Made by a program: the position numbers and the translations under genes
Assembly (NCBI RefSeq): GCF_006345805.1
Contig: NC_042999.1
Location: 84,816,001-84,880,000, forward strand
Length of the DNA: 64,000 nt
From: Octopus sinensis
Taxonomy: Eukaryota
Direction of reading: 5' to 3'
Notes under the pieces: generated by a model
Told to the model about the DNA's origin: nothing
Database searches by the model: none
The model's input: only the letters and a program-made list of their open reading frames with translations
In this document: positions 26,646 to 41,004 of the stretch, piece by piece
How the letters are laid out: each line of letters begins with the position of its first letter
Position numbering within the stretch: position 1 is the first letter of the stretch

Positions 26646-27040
26646 GCGCTTGTTAATTATTGCTTATTATTTCTTACAAAACACATTTCTCTTCTAAGAA
26701 ATTCCTACATTTGTACAAGCGATGTACATTCTTTCAAAAATCATTAAAAAAATTATTTGGAAATGCATTGAAGTCGAAATTATCTCACGTTTTCATAAAA
26801 CGTTTCATGAGTGAACATTGTTTCTAAATTAACAGCAAACCCCATAAAATATTAAGTATGGGTAGAAACATGTACCCATAGCAGTGAACCACTGAAAGCA
26901 GCATATCTAAAAGCAACATATCGGAACAATACATTCGCTGGCAGCTGAAAAGTGAAACAGAATTTAGAAAGAGAGCTTATATTGCATTCATTTTCATACC
27001 TTATACGTACAGGATAAAATTATGAACAAAAACCGAATAA

Positions 27041-27129
27041 CAGTAGACACCTACCCAAGGTGCCACGCAGTGGGGCTGAACCCGGAACCATGTGGTTGGG
27101 AAGCAAACTTATTACTACAGCCACGCCTA
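27041..27129 (-). mobile_element. SINE type A head fragment
   Basis: Reverse complement of the type A head (CCAAGGTGCCACGCAGTGGGGCTGAACCCGGAACCATGTGG). Confidence 0.75.
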
Positions 27130-27414
27130 TACATACATACAAACATAGAGAGGAGAGAGACAGCGAAGAGAGATAGAGGAGAGAGAGGGAGGAAGATGAG
27201 AAAAAAGATTGATAAGTCGAATGATAGAAAGACAGACAGATGGATATACAAACGTGCATGGATGTGTGTACGTGTACCTGTACATGAATGCTTCCGAGTC
27301 TCTACCTATGCAAATATGTTCATAAGCATATATTTATACATATTAGATAATTTTTTAAACTTACAATGTAAATAATGTGTGTATAAATATCGTGAATTAC
27401 ATGCGTAAAGTTTT

Positions 27415-27672
27415 CTTTCCTATTCTAGACACAGGGCCCGAAATTTTGAGGGAGGGGACCAGTGAATTAGATCGACTCCAGTACGCAAGGGTCTAAATAC
27501 AGAGAGCACAAACAAGGAGAGACAAACGGATTAAGTCGATTATATCGACCCCAGTGCGTGACTGGTACTTATTTAATCGACCCCGAAAGGATGAAAGGCA
27601 AAGTCGACCACGGCGGAATTTGAACTCAGAACGTAGCGGCAGACGAAATACAAGTAAGCATTTCGCCTGGAC
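27415..27672 (-). mobile_element. SINE type B, internally deleted dimeric form
   Basis: Has the core and the start of the linker seen in 30698-31095, joined directly to the terminal tail. Confidence 0.8.
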
Positions 27673-28085
27673 ACACATACAGTATTAAGGAATTGAAAAG
27701 TTTCTATCAGTCGGTGAAGAAATTTAGGTTACCATTCTTATATTTAAATTTGATTTTTTAGTGAAGATGGCGTTTTGTTGTTGGAACTCATCGACAAAAC
27801 ATTGACAAAACCACCGCGACTGATCAATAAAGAAAAGTTTTCACATAGAGAAAAATAAACATTACAAATAACTTCTTGTGATGCATGTTTATTCACATCA
27901 TATATTCGTTTGTGGGCGCGTGTATGTTTTTGTATATATACATTCACGCACCTATGTAGAATTTTTTTATGCAACTGTATGTATATACGAATACACACAC
28001 GCACATACGTATACATATGTGTGTGTGTTTGTGTGTATATATTTACATATTATACGTTTATGTGTGTGTATGCATCTAAACATTT

Positions 28086-28141
<56 letters not shown>

Positions 28142-29339
28142 TATATGTGCGTGCGTGTGTGTGTGAATATCTGTGTGTGTATACGGATGTATGCATGTGT
28201 GAGGGTGTATGAACAAGTGTGTCTATATGCGTGTGTGGTAGAGTATGCGTGAAAGAGAAGTGCATGCAGAAACACTAATAATCCAACAAGCGTGTGAAAT
28301 GAGAAATCAGGAATGCCGTTTATCAATGTAAGTTGTTGAAGGGGAAAGCCAACAATTTGATTTCTTTTCATCATAACTGTCTTCTTATCGAGTTCTTTTC
28401 GTTCTTTTTTTTGTGTTCTTTCATAGTTATCTTGTATATTATACGACATAATGTTCTTCTTATTCTTCTTATTATTATTCATCTGACATCTATTTTATTT
28501 CATCTGAGTTTTCCCCCTTGAATACTGAATATAGAAAAGAAACAGACATTGATATGTTACACCCATTACTATAGTGTGCAGATTTAGCCTGCAAAGGCCT
28601 CCAGGGAAATATTGCCAAAATATCTAAACACACGGATGATTATTTCAAAAAGCACAACGCAACATAAACATCTTGCACATATATACATATATACATGTGT
28701 GTGTGATAATATATATATATATTTATATATATATATAATTACATATTTGTGCATGCATACATGCACACACACATATATATACATGCGTGTGTGTATGTAC
28801 GTATATGTATACATCTATGCACTCACACCCACACACAATACGCATATGCACGCATATATATATGTTTGTATGTATGTATGTATGTATGTATGTATGTATG
28901 TATGTATGTATGTATGTATGCGTGTATGTATGTATGTATGTATGTATGCATACCCTCACAGCCACACTAAGGTGTTGTCAGTTTGGAGTTCTCTTTGTCT
29001 ATATGTTTTTGGTTGTTTATTTATTTGGTTCTTCCATTATTTTTTCTTCTCTCCGTGAGGAAATGTGTATGGAGCTGATTGAAAGAATACGTGTGTTTCT
29101 TTTCGCTCTCGGCGAAACATATCGAACATCGACTTTAGAATGACTGATTGATAAAACTATATAAAAAGTCTTCTTCGTCAATGTATTCCTTGTTTAGTAC
29201 TTGTATTTGTTGTTACTGTAGCATCAGCATTGTTTGTTAATTGGTCCGTGTATATGTAGATGTGTGTGTATGTAGTTAGCTATACACCCACATTCACACA
29301 AACACTCACACATACATACATATATACATGTGTGTGTGA

Positions 29340-29445
<106 letters not shown>

Positions 29446-30306
29446 ATACTGACACATGTATGTACATATATGAATCTGAATGTGAAAGTATGTGTATATG
29501 CTATGAACAGCCCAAAACAGTCATTACTATTGCCATTATTAGTATCATTCTACCTCATCTATCCACATCTTTTACTCACCTTCATCAATATCCGTCTCCA
29601 TCTTCTTCTCCTCCTCCACCTCCTCTTCCTCATCATCATTATCCGTAACACCAAGCAGAGATTTCTAATGAAGTCATGTTATAGGTTTTCTTCACAACTT
29701 GTTAACAACTGATATCGCCCCCCCGCCTCCCCACCCCCTCACGAACGAATAAATCAACAAATATATTAATGAATTAATAAACAAACAAACAAATCTCGCA
29801 AAGTTTTACGGCGCAAGAAAATTAATCTTTTATTGTAGAACTGTTCAGATATCACATTGATCGTAGATATGGGTTAGCAGTGGAGGGGATATGTTGCTCC
29901 AACTATGTTAGATATGGTACAAACTAGTCGATGATGGGTCCGTATTTGAATGAATCACATTGATTACAATGCGTTGTGTAGTTTGAGTCTAAACGTTCAA
30001 TTTGTTACACACCTCCGTTAATTTGTTTTCTCCCCAGTTGTCAAACCTTGGTAATAGAAATAAGAAAAGCTTTGCTTGTGTTAGTCTAGCTCCTTGTTCA
30101 TGTAGAATTTTTGTTTCTCATCTACTTAGCAATAAAAATAACAGATATTTTCCATCTCTCTTTAGGTAAACCTCCAAACTTTACACAAATTAATCAAATA
30201 TCAACCATTGCAAATCATGCCATGAAGAATAACTCTAAAATTCATTTTAAAAAATCAAGCAAGCCGAAATTTCCAACATTTACTGTCTTCATTTAGCACT
30301 TCCTAG

Positions 30307-30540
30307 ATTTGGTAGATGGAAACCGACTAAAAATCGTTGTGTGTGTGTATGTGTGTGTGTGTGTGTGTTTGTGTTTCTCCGTCACTACCGCTTGACAACC
30401 GGTGTTTATGCGTTTACGAATCTGTAACTTAGAGGTTCGGAAAAAATAGTGATAGAATGGAACCAGGTTTAGAAATTACTGGTCGATTTGTTTGAATAAA
30501 ACTTTTCAAGGTGATGTCCCAATATGGCCACGGTCTGAAA
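30307..30540 (+). mobile_element. Degenerate SINE type A body and tail
   Basis: GATTTGGTAGATGGAAAC, CGCTTGACAACCGGTG and GTAACTTAGAGGTTCGG motifs. Confidence 0.55.
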
Positions 30541-30697
30541 TTTTTTTAAAGATAATAGCAAAAAATAAAAGATTAAAAAATAAAAAATTGGTGTGAGAAA
30601 TCAGAAAACAATGGCAACCACAAGGGAATTGAAAACAAGATAATAACTAAAATCACAAATAAAATTATACCATAGAAAAAAAAAACATTTTTACATT

Positions 30698-31095
30698 CTT
30701 TTCTACTCTAGGCACAAGGCCCAATATTTTAGGGGAGGGAGCCAGTCGATTAGATCGAACGCAGTACGTAACTGGTACTTAATTTATCGACCCAGAAAGG
30801 ATGAAAGGCAAAGTTGACCTCGGCGGAATTTGAACTCAGAACGTAGCGGCAGAGGAAATACCTATTTTTTTACTACCCACAAGGAGCTAAACACAGAGAG
30901 GACAAACAAGGTCAGACAAACGGATTAAGTCGATTATATCGACCCCAGTGCGTAACTGGTACTTATTTAATCGACCCCGGAAGGATGAAAGGCAAAGTCG
31001 ACCTCGGCGGAATTTGAACTCAGAACGTAACGGCAGACGAAATACGGCTACGCATTTCGCCCGGCGTTCTAACGTTTCTGCCAGCTCGCCGCCTT
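30698..31095 (-). mobile_element. Dimeric SINE type B (head-core-linker-core-tail)
   Basis: Two copies of the GAGTTCAAATTCCGCCGAGGTC..CTTTGCCTTTCATCC core joined by a linker. Same architecture at 33490-33870. Confidence 0.9.
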
Positions 31096-31280
31096 AATAT
31101 TTTAACATTTAACACACCCGCAAGTTCCACTTCACCATCACTAACATCATGAACGCCATACAAAAAAATTACAATGGGAAAAACATATAGCGTCAGCGGT
31201 TTCGCCGATGCGATGCGTCAAATGAGCGAAAATATTCTTATTGATATGAAAGGCCTAAAAAAGGTGAAAAGTATTCAGGG

Positions 31281-31320
31281 AAAATGTGAACGAAACATGT
31301 GAACGAAAATGTGAACGAAA
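31281..31320. repeat. Three-copy 12-13 bp tandem repeat (AAAATGTGAACG)
   Basis: Direct reading. Confidence 0.8.
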
Positions 31321-32074
31321 TGGTCCTCAAAATGTGAGGACAGTTATTTCAACAGGAAGCAAATATAAAGTATAGAACCAGTGACACAGCAGAAGATTTA
31401 AAGGTTCCTACTTGCTTCACTGTGAGATTTGTTTTACCATGACGTTATATTCTTTCAGAATTAACATTTTGCAGGCTACTAGAATAGGTACAACTATTGG
31501 GACCTGTGGAAATACTACAGAACGGAAAAGATTTAGAGAAGCTATTTAAGAAAGAAAGAATGATTTGGTCTATTTTTCTTTTACTAAGTTATTTCACATC
31601 TAGTCACAACAATATATCATATGATTTTAAAATTTCCCTCTGCTAAACACTTTATATTTCTCTCTTTCTTTCTTCCTCTTCAACAAACTTTTTAACCACG
31701 TAATTCCCTTCTTTATGTCTATACTATTTCCCTCTTTCTCTTCACTTCTCACTTCCACTAACCACATGAGTGACAGCATAATGCATCGGCTGGCTATCTG
31801 CTCTCTCACTCATTTTGATATTCCCTTTTCCTATCTTTCACTACACATCCTCCTCCTCTATAAATAAGTAAAGCGTAAAATGTGAAAGAACAGGTAGAAG
31901 AATAATATTACTGATTTAGTTCAATAAAAAATACTTTTCACTATCAACACACCACCACCATCATCATCATTATAGTTTTCAGTAACAAGGCTCATTTCAT
32001 TTCAGCTGTTTGTTTATAACTACTTTTTCTTGCTGTCGATGTATCTCTACTCTACCAATACAAACGTTATCTTC

Positions 32075-32132
<58 letters not shown>

Positions 32133-33489
32133 CGCGCTCTCTCTAGCAAACATACACATACAAACACAGACTTTAACTCCGCCTCTCACTCATTCCACCT
32201 CCACGTCTCTAACTAAAGTATACCGGGCAAACGAACAAGCAGATTATTATGTAGATAATTTCCGTTCGCTGATTACCTAGACGGTACTAGTTCGTTGGAG
32301 CAATGGAATAGGTACCCTTGCTCACTAAACTAGTGTTTAGAATTCTATGTTGAGCAGCTACGAACGAAATTTCAGAGTTACTCTTTAGACTAACACTTCG
32401 GAGCCCCTGCCATAATCAGTCGGGATTTTTATACATTCTTCGTATACATATGAAACTGTCTATATAACTGTAATAGTTTCTCATACTTCCATTCTTTCAC
32501 ATATCGTTGTGATGAGTGCCTTCTTTTCCTCAAGTGCGATACATGCTGTAGTTCTAGTACTGCTTGTTCAAGTAGTTCTTCCTCACTACTTCCAAGGTAG
32601 CAGTTTACCGATTTTTGTTTTTGATTCACGCAATTAGAAATACTGAAAATGCCCCGCCCTTTGACTTTCCATTTCGTGTATATGCTACAATTAATTTAGA
32701 TAAAACGTTTCAAGCATAGTTATGGTTATTTGTTATTTTCCTGTCTAATACCACCTGCATTATAATGCATTTTGTGTCTATGCTACAGCTAATTGCCTTT
32801 GGATAAAGTGTTCTAGGCATAGTTACGGTTATTTCCCGTTTCTCTGTCTAATACCACCTGCATTATAATCATCTGATTACTTGCATGGTATCACCTCTAA
32901 TACACGCTTTGTATTCCTTACAAGAGATTAAATACGCTATATTGTTTTATCATTTTATCTTTCATTTCCTTATGTATAAAACCACTGAGTCCCTGTATGG
33001 CTAGAGACTTTTATCCATTATCATCAAATTCTAAAATCCGAACGTTAGGCTACCGTATTCTATTACAATCGGCTCTCTCCTCTCTTTCCATGGCTAAAGT
33101 CGCACATTTTGATATACTAAACACCATTTCTGTACCACTGCAACACACCTTTGCTCTATTAACGCATGAATAATTTTTTCACACATTACAAATATCTTTA
33201 AATCATCCACGATGAATAGACGACCTGGAGAATGCACATTTCTTCTTAATTATAGCCAATATTATTTTTCTAACTGTTATTGAGGTGGCTATGAGTGTAA
33301 TGACAAATATCACAGTGCAATATAGCACTTTCGATAGTTACACTTCTAGTGAGTTGATGTTCACCATAAAGTTTATTTTCCAATGAGTCATGCTAGCATT
33401 ATGATGATATTAAAAGAAATCATTAAATACAGAAACCGTTCTTGTTGTTGTTGTTGCTGCTGTTGTTGTTGTTATTGCAGTTGTTGTCA

Positions 33490-33870
33490 AAGTGGCGAGC
33501 TGGCAGAATCGCTAGCACGCCGGGCGAGATGCTTAGCTACATTCTGAGTTCAAATTCCGCCGAGGTCGACTTTGCCTTTCATCCTTTCGGGGTCGATAAA
33601 TTAAGTACCAGTTACGCACTGGGGTCGATGTAATCGACTTAATCCATTTGTCTGTCCTTGTTTGTACCCTTTGTGTTTAGCCCCTTGTGGGTAGTAAAAA
33701 AAATAGGTATTTCGTCTGCCACTATGTTCTGAGTTCAAATTCCACAGAGGTCAACTTTGCCTTTCATCCTTTCGGAGTCAATTGAATAAGTACCAGTTAC
33801 ACATCGGTGTCGATGTAATCGACTTAATCACTTTCCCCAAATTTGAGGCCTAGTGCTTCCACTAGAAAGG
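33490..33870 (+). mobile_element. Dimeric SINE type B, flanked by (GTT)n
   Basis: Same head-core-linker-core-tail order as 30698-31095. Confidence 0.9.
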
Positions 33871-33896
33871 ATTGTTGTTGTTGTTGTTGTTGTTGT

Positions 33897-34490
33897 TAGA
33901 TTCCCCGCTAGTCTCCTGAAGGAATGTAGACACCAACTTGCAGTCCCTCTGACCAATCTCTGGAGAAATTATTTAGACTCAGGTTATATACCGAAACAGC
34001 TTCTATCCCAGTCTACCATCCCGGTTTTCAAACAGGGAAACAGATCCCTCGCAGTGAATTATCGCCCAATCTCACTCACCTCCCACATCATCAGGTTCGA
34101 ACTCTGCTGTCATATATCTTGACTGCAGTAAAGGGTTCGATAGGGTTGACCATAATATCTTACTCTTAAAATTGGCAACTGTTGGAATCCGTGGAAAACT
34201 TCTACAATGGGTTAAGTATTCCCTGACGAATAGAACACAAGAAGTTGTGGTCGATGGAGTCCACTCAAGCCCAGTAAATGTCACCAGTGGTGTCCCTCAG
34301 GGGACTGTCTTGGGCCCGCTCCTATTTATAATTTACATAAATGACCTTTCCAGCGTCGTAAATCACTGCTAAGTGAAAATATTTCCTGATGACACTAAGC
34401 TCCAGAAAATCATCAATGAAGAGGAAGACCGAACTCAACTCCATTCTGATCTATATGCTGTGAGTCAATGGGCAGACAAAAACACTTTCA
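33897..34490 (+). mobile_element. CR1/L2-group LINE reverse transcriptase fragment, internally deleted
   Basis: NYRPISLTSHII, YLDCSKGFDRVDH, VTSGVPQGTVLGPLLFIIYINDL and FPDDTKL (FADD-like) motifs. Confidence 0.85.
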
Positions 34491-36091
34491 TTACCTGATC
34501 GTGTTCTCTCTTGTCTCTTCTGTATGTACTGGCTCTAGCACCACTGTTGCTGAAATTGGTGTTGAGAGACATCCTACACGAACTAGTGTAGAATACCAGG
34601 CACATATACATGATCAGCACTACTCTAAAATAAGGCAAGGTGGTGTCAGGAGGGAACCAAAGCTAACCAAGAGAAGTCAGCGGGCCCTGCAGATTGGCAC
34701 ATACAGAGGAGGGTCCACACAATCCAATAACGTCAGGGGACGCCAGACAGAGAGACCGGTTAAATTTCTCGGGGTGTGGTTTGTTCCGGATTTCTAAGCG
34801 GAGAAGAACTGGGGCGAAATGACGAGCAGAGGGCCAATCTCAGCTAGAAATGGACTTTGAGAAATCTATCCCTGAAATGTAGGGCAGAAGTGGCGAATGC
34901 TTACGTCGATTCCGTTATATATTACCGCCTGACCGTCGTATCTTACCACAGTTTATGTCTGACCAAACTGGGGCGCATACACTGTCGCTTTCTGTGGAAG
35001 AGACGCCTTCCACAAACAAGGTGCCACATTGGCTGTCACACCCGTTAATTAGAGAGCTGGTGATGCCGTGGCTACTGATAAACTGAGGCTACAACATATC
35101 CAGCGCTCCCTTGAAGGTGAGCAAGTGTGGTTGCCATTTGTCGGACTCCCTCGTCTCTTTGTCTTAGCTGCAGCCCTCCCTGGATCAAGGGTAGAGCGAA
35201 GCAGGGTGTATGGCACCTAGAATATCGTCAGACGCTCACAATCCTCTGTCAGTCGGGCAATGCGGTCGGTGGAAGTTCCACTCTGGCCTCATATAGAGGG
35301 TTAGTGGTGGGCAAGTTCGATGAAGTTCTCTCGGAGACTGAGCGTCGACGGGAATCAATTGACTGGTTTGTTTCGGAGGAATTTCAGGCCGGAGTCAATT
35401 GATAACTTCCAGAAATCCTTGGCTTGGCAGTGGTACCGAGGAGTATTACCTATTTTCAAAATAAACTCTACATGCATAGAATTGCCGTCAGCCGATATGC
35501 ACGTTCAGCGTTAAAGCTGTTTTGCATGCCCTCGTCCAGTGCCAGTGTACTGCTAGCCTGTGGATTTATGTTCGAACACCTGCTGTTACGTGTAGGAGGA
35601 ATCTGGCTCTCGGATATAGCATCCTTCCTTTGGCCGACAAGGGTAAGAAATGTTTCTTTGTCTAGTAGCCTTAGCAAAAGAAACTGTGTAGCGACCAGAT
35701 TGAAAAGGTTGAAGACAGATATTTTCCGCTTTCATCAACTTTTTCAAGTTTCACTTGAAAAGAGAATTTGGAGTAGAGATGGAAGTACTGCTCTCCAGCA
35801 ATTTTGTTGAAAGGTGTGTTAATTTGAAGAGAATGGTCAGAGTAAACAGGCCTTCTATAAGGAAGCGCCTGTAGATGGTAAGGAGTGGGTACTTACCCCT
35901 AGTACTTAGGGCTTCCATGGTTTTCCACAAGCAGCCCTAAGAAGTCTCCGTCTTTTGAGGAAATTTTCACTGTTGAAATTTATTTTATCGTTTTCACTGT
36001 TTACACACTCCACTTTATATAACCCCACATTATATTGTCTTGTACCGTCCCTAATATGTGTATTTGTGAATTTTAGTGGTTAATAAAGAAA
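34491..36091 (+). mobile_element. L1/Tx1-clade LINE, 5'-truncated degenerate copy (RT C-terminal part to 3' end)
   Basis: LLYVLALAPLL, PVKFLGVWF, LSLKCRAEVANAYVDSVIYYRLTVV and AVGGSSTLASYRGLVVG are homologous to ORF2 of 44623-50800. Ends at AATAAAGAAA followed shortly by (ATT)n. Confidence 0.8.
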
Positions 36092-36232
36092 GCATTTAAA
36101 ACAAAAAGAAATCATTATTATTATTTCCATTAATTTTATTGTTTTTGTCATCGATGTTGACATGTTTGACTCTCGCAGCTGCCAAATATTGGCAATTTCA
36201 ACTTTCGCGTCTCCACATTTGTTTGTTTTCTC

Positions 36233-36234
<2 letters not shown>

Positions 36235-36286
<52 letters not shown>

Positions 36287-36340
36287 GTTGTTGTTGTTGC
36301 TGTTGCTGTTGCTGTTGTTGTTGTTGTTGTTATTACTACT
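36235..36340. repeat. (ATT)n grading into (GTT)n/(GCT)n
   Basis: Direct reading. Confidence 0.95.
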
Positions 36341-36342
36341 AT

Positions 36343-37185
36343 GGCGGCAAACCAGTAGAACCACCGTTAGCATGCCAGGCAAAATGCTTAGCGATAATTC
36401 GCCCGTCTCTACGTTCTGAGCTCAAAGTCAGAAGCTGACTTTGCGTTTCGTCTTTTTGGTGGTCGATAAAATAAGTACCAGTCGTGCACTGGGGGGTAAT
36501 GTAATCAACAAGTCTATTTCCTTGAAATTTCAGGTCTTGTGCCACTAGTAGAAAGGATTATTTTTATTACGAAGGTGATGAGCTGGCAGAATCGTTAGCA
36601 TGCCAGGGAAAATACTTAGCAATATTTCGTCCGTCTGAGTTCAAATTACGCCGAGGCTAATTTTGCCTTTCATCCTTTCGGGGGTCGATTAATTAAGTGC
36701 CAGTTTAGTGTTGAGGTCGACGTAATCGATCGACCCCTCCTCAAATGTGCTTTCCTTGTGCCAAACTTTGAAATTATTATTATTCGAGCTGGCAGAATCG
36801 TTAGCACGCTGGGCGATATGCTTAGCACTATTTCGTCTGCCGCTATTTTCTGAGTTCGTATTCCACCGAGGTTGGCTTTGCCTTTCATCCTTTCGGGGTC
36901 GATAAATTAATTACCAGTGAATCACTGGAGTCGATGTGATCGACTAGTTCCCCATCCCCACAAAACTCCAGGCCTTGTGCTCTAGTAAAAAGGATTATTA
37001 TTACTATTAAGGCAGGGAGTAGGCAGATTCGTTAGCACGACAGGCGAAATGCTTAGCAGCATTTCGGCCATCATTCTGAGTTCGAATTCCGCTGAGATCG
37101 ACATTACCATTTGTTTTTCACGGTCAACGAAATAAGCACTAGTTGAGCATTGGGGTCAATGCAATCGACTAACCGCCCCCCGCCA
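36343..37185 (+). mobile_element. Head-to-tail array of four SINE type B copies
   Basis: Heads at about 36343, 36572, 36785 and 37009, each following an ATT-rich tail. Confidence 0.85.
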
Positions 37186-37397
37186 AGAAAAAAATTCAAA
37201 CACCTGATCGTATATTACAAAGTATTCTCATTATAAGTATAAAATCGGTGGAATTCGAAATTGTTTTAAAATAGTCAGGCTTTTCGGTATTTGATCTTAC
37301 CTTGTACATCCTGAGTTCGATACTACCAGAGTCAATTTTACCTTCCTATATTACTTTTTTTCATCATATCGCCTTATGCTTTATCCTTTGACCATAT

Positions 37398-37428
<31 letters not shown>

Positions 37429-37931
37429 GCACATATATATGTGTGTATGTGTAGTCAAGCAAGGTACTTTTTTCCTGCAGTACTTGCCACGTCACAAATA
37501 GAGTGCTTACACACCTAGGATGTTGAGATATTAATGAACTCTCTAGACCTAGACACTGATGGCCCCGGATTTCAGTCTCATTTTATATGATAATATAGGA
37601 ATTGCATCACGAGTTTTTAAGAAAGGTTAATTTAGCAGGGTATCTATAAAAACTCCATAGCAAAAACAAGTCTGCGAGTGTTAATAACAGACTGGAATAA
37701 TATCATGACTGAAAATTTAGATTGTGTAGATGATATAACATTTCAGTTGCCTGACAAATATTGACCAAAACACTTGACTAAGCTACAATGGTATTAAAAC
37801 AGAATAATTAGTAGCTAGGCAAATACAGGAAGAGTAAAATGTCCACATAATAGAATCTCCAGACCTACATAGATGTCAAGTTGGCTGTAAGCCCAATCAA
37901 TTTATAGAGGACACACATACGTATTTACATG

Positions 37932-37962
<31 letters not shown>

Positions 37963-38103
37963 CTGTGTGTGTGTGTGCGTGCGCATATGTGTATGTAGGT
38001 GTGTAAAAGAAAGTGTCTGCATGACTGAGTTTCTGTCTGTGAGTATGAGCACGCACGCACACACATACATACTTGTATATACGTACATATGTATAAAACA
38101 CAT

Positions 38104-38147
<44 letters not shown>

Positions 38148-38799
38148 TAGCAATGAAGGTCTCTATCGTTATGTGTGTGTTTGTTGTTGACGTCATAGGA
38201 ATTTATAAACTTCGACAACATGATATAATTCTTTTCAGGAACAATGAACCTTGAACCAAATAAAGCTTAAATGATGACGTGTACATTTCTACGCTTTAGA
38301 TAGAATGAGTCAATGTATACAGATGTGGGTTCGTGTTCTACAATCAAACTTCGACTTTTCCTACCTAGAGGAGTTTTAACTGAATATTCACTATGGTTTT
38401 TTTTTATAGATGTATTAACCTCGTGATTCACCGCTCCTAAAGAGGAAATTGGTGCTAATATGTGTGGGGGTGAATAGGTATGCATATATGTAGTATTGTT
38501 TGTATGTATGTATGCACGCATGCATGCATGGTGCATGTACGTATGTATATAATGATAAAGCCTTTTAGTTGTAATACATTGCAGCATAAATGTTCATGAA
38601 AAACATATGCCAAGCAACTATCAAACAATATACATCTGGTTTGTGAGCATTTCCAGTGTACCGTTACGTATAAATAAGTTAAAGGTGATTTATTTCGTTT
38701 GGGTGATTATAAATACAAAAAAATAAACTTGAAAAACTATGACTAAATGAGAAACGAAAGCGAAAATATTGCCAAATGGAAATTAGTATCCCTTACCAT

Positions 38800-38990
38800 A
38801 TACTTGTTTTAGTCATTGGACAGCGGCCATGTTGGGTCAACACCTTGCAGTGTTTAGTCGATGTAATCAACCCAAGTACTTATTTATTAAAACCTGGTAC
38901 TTATTATATCGGCCTCTTCTGCAGAACCAGTAAGTTAGGGAGATGTACTCAAACCAGTACCGGTTGTCAAGCGGTTGGCAAACAAGCACA
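38800..38990 (-). mobile_element. SINE type A tail half, degenerate
   Basis: TACTTGTTTTAGTCATT..CGGCCATG..GGTTGTCAAGCG is the reverse complement of the type A tail. Confidence 0.65.
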
Positions 38991-40149
38991 TTCGGAAAGA
39001 TACACACAGAGTATCAGAGTAAACAGAGTATTGAAATGAAGTATAATGTTAGAATGGGTTTCAAGTGAAGAAGTGAAATAAGAGAAATCAGCAGTTAGGA
39101 TATTAGAAAACAAAAACAATTTTTTGTATCCGAGATAGATATTTCACAGATTTATTAAAGTTTTTAATATGAGGTTGGTTCCAAATACTAACAGCCTATG
39201 ACATTTTAAGTATACGACTCTACTCTGCTATGCATAGCGCGTAACTGAGAAATGGGACAAAAAGTGATGGCTGATACATCGCTTCTAAGAGCATCATACT
39301 GAAAGGTCATAAGAAATGGACAAATTAATTATCTAGTCTGAAATCATTACTAGATATCATCACTTTAGCAAGTACTTCCTGATAGAAAGAAAATCGTACC
39401 GTCAACTGCTTGAATAAGTCAACATTTGTTACCGAATTAATATCTAAATCTTCTTTACGCACATATACGCAGTATTTATATTCCACTCCCAATTTTAAGC
39501 AATTGTCAACATTACTACTTTCAAAATATCTTATAAACATAGATTTTAGTTATTTATAATACCTTTATATCTCTACACCCATTCCAACATAAAAGAATGG
39601 GTCAACACTTTACTATTTACAAGAAGCAATGACTTGCTACTTTTCATTTTCAACTCTTTATAAAATATGCCCTATTTTATGTCACTGGAAATATCAATAT
39701 CTTTTATATCTTATATCATCAAATCCCTAATATTTCATGGTCGTTGCCACCACTGTTCGTCGTATCTTTGTTATATCCTTTAAGTCTTTCATCAAGTGTG
39801 TGTTTTCAATGATCTATCAAAGTGAAATACCTCATTTCTAAAGGTGTTTACGTGCAACGAATTATGCATCTGAAAAATTTTAAACGCCATATAGTAACAG
39901 CAAAAACACTCATAAATTACAATAGTTTGTAAAATATCACGCATATTCTATGGGTCAGTAGAGAAATTCGTCTGATCGCCTGGCTGTATAATTTGCATGA
40001 AATTTTAAGCTAAGATGTATTAACATTAATGTATATTTTACTCTACTAAATGTATTGAGTATTGTAATTTCACTCATCTACAAACTTGTAACTCCTTTCA
40101 TAAGTGTGTGTGTGAGTGTGTGCATGCGTATATAAATGTGGGTTTGTAT

Positions 40150-40960
<811 letters not shown>

Positions 40961-41004
40961 TTGTTGTGCAAGATTTTTTATGTGAAATCATGTGTTGAAA
41001 CAGA

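Noticed and set aside
32429-32629. 66-aa minus-strand ORF (EEELLEQAVLELQ)
   Set aside because: Non-ATG start, no recognisable domain and no convincing acceptor site.
37480-37890. Possible RTE-like RT remnant (ENLDCVDDIT resembling DLDFADDI)
   Set aside because: A single short motif with surrounding stops, which is insufficient.
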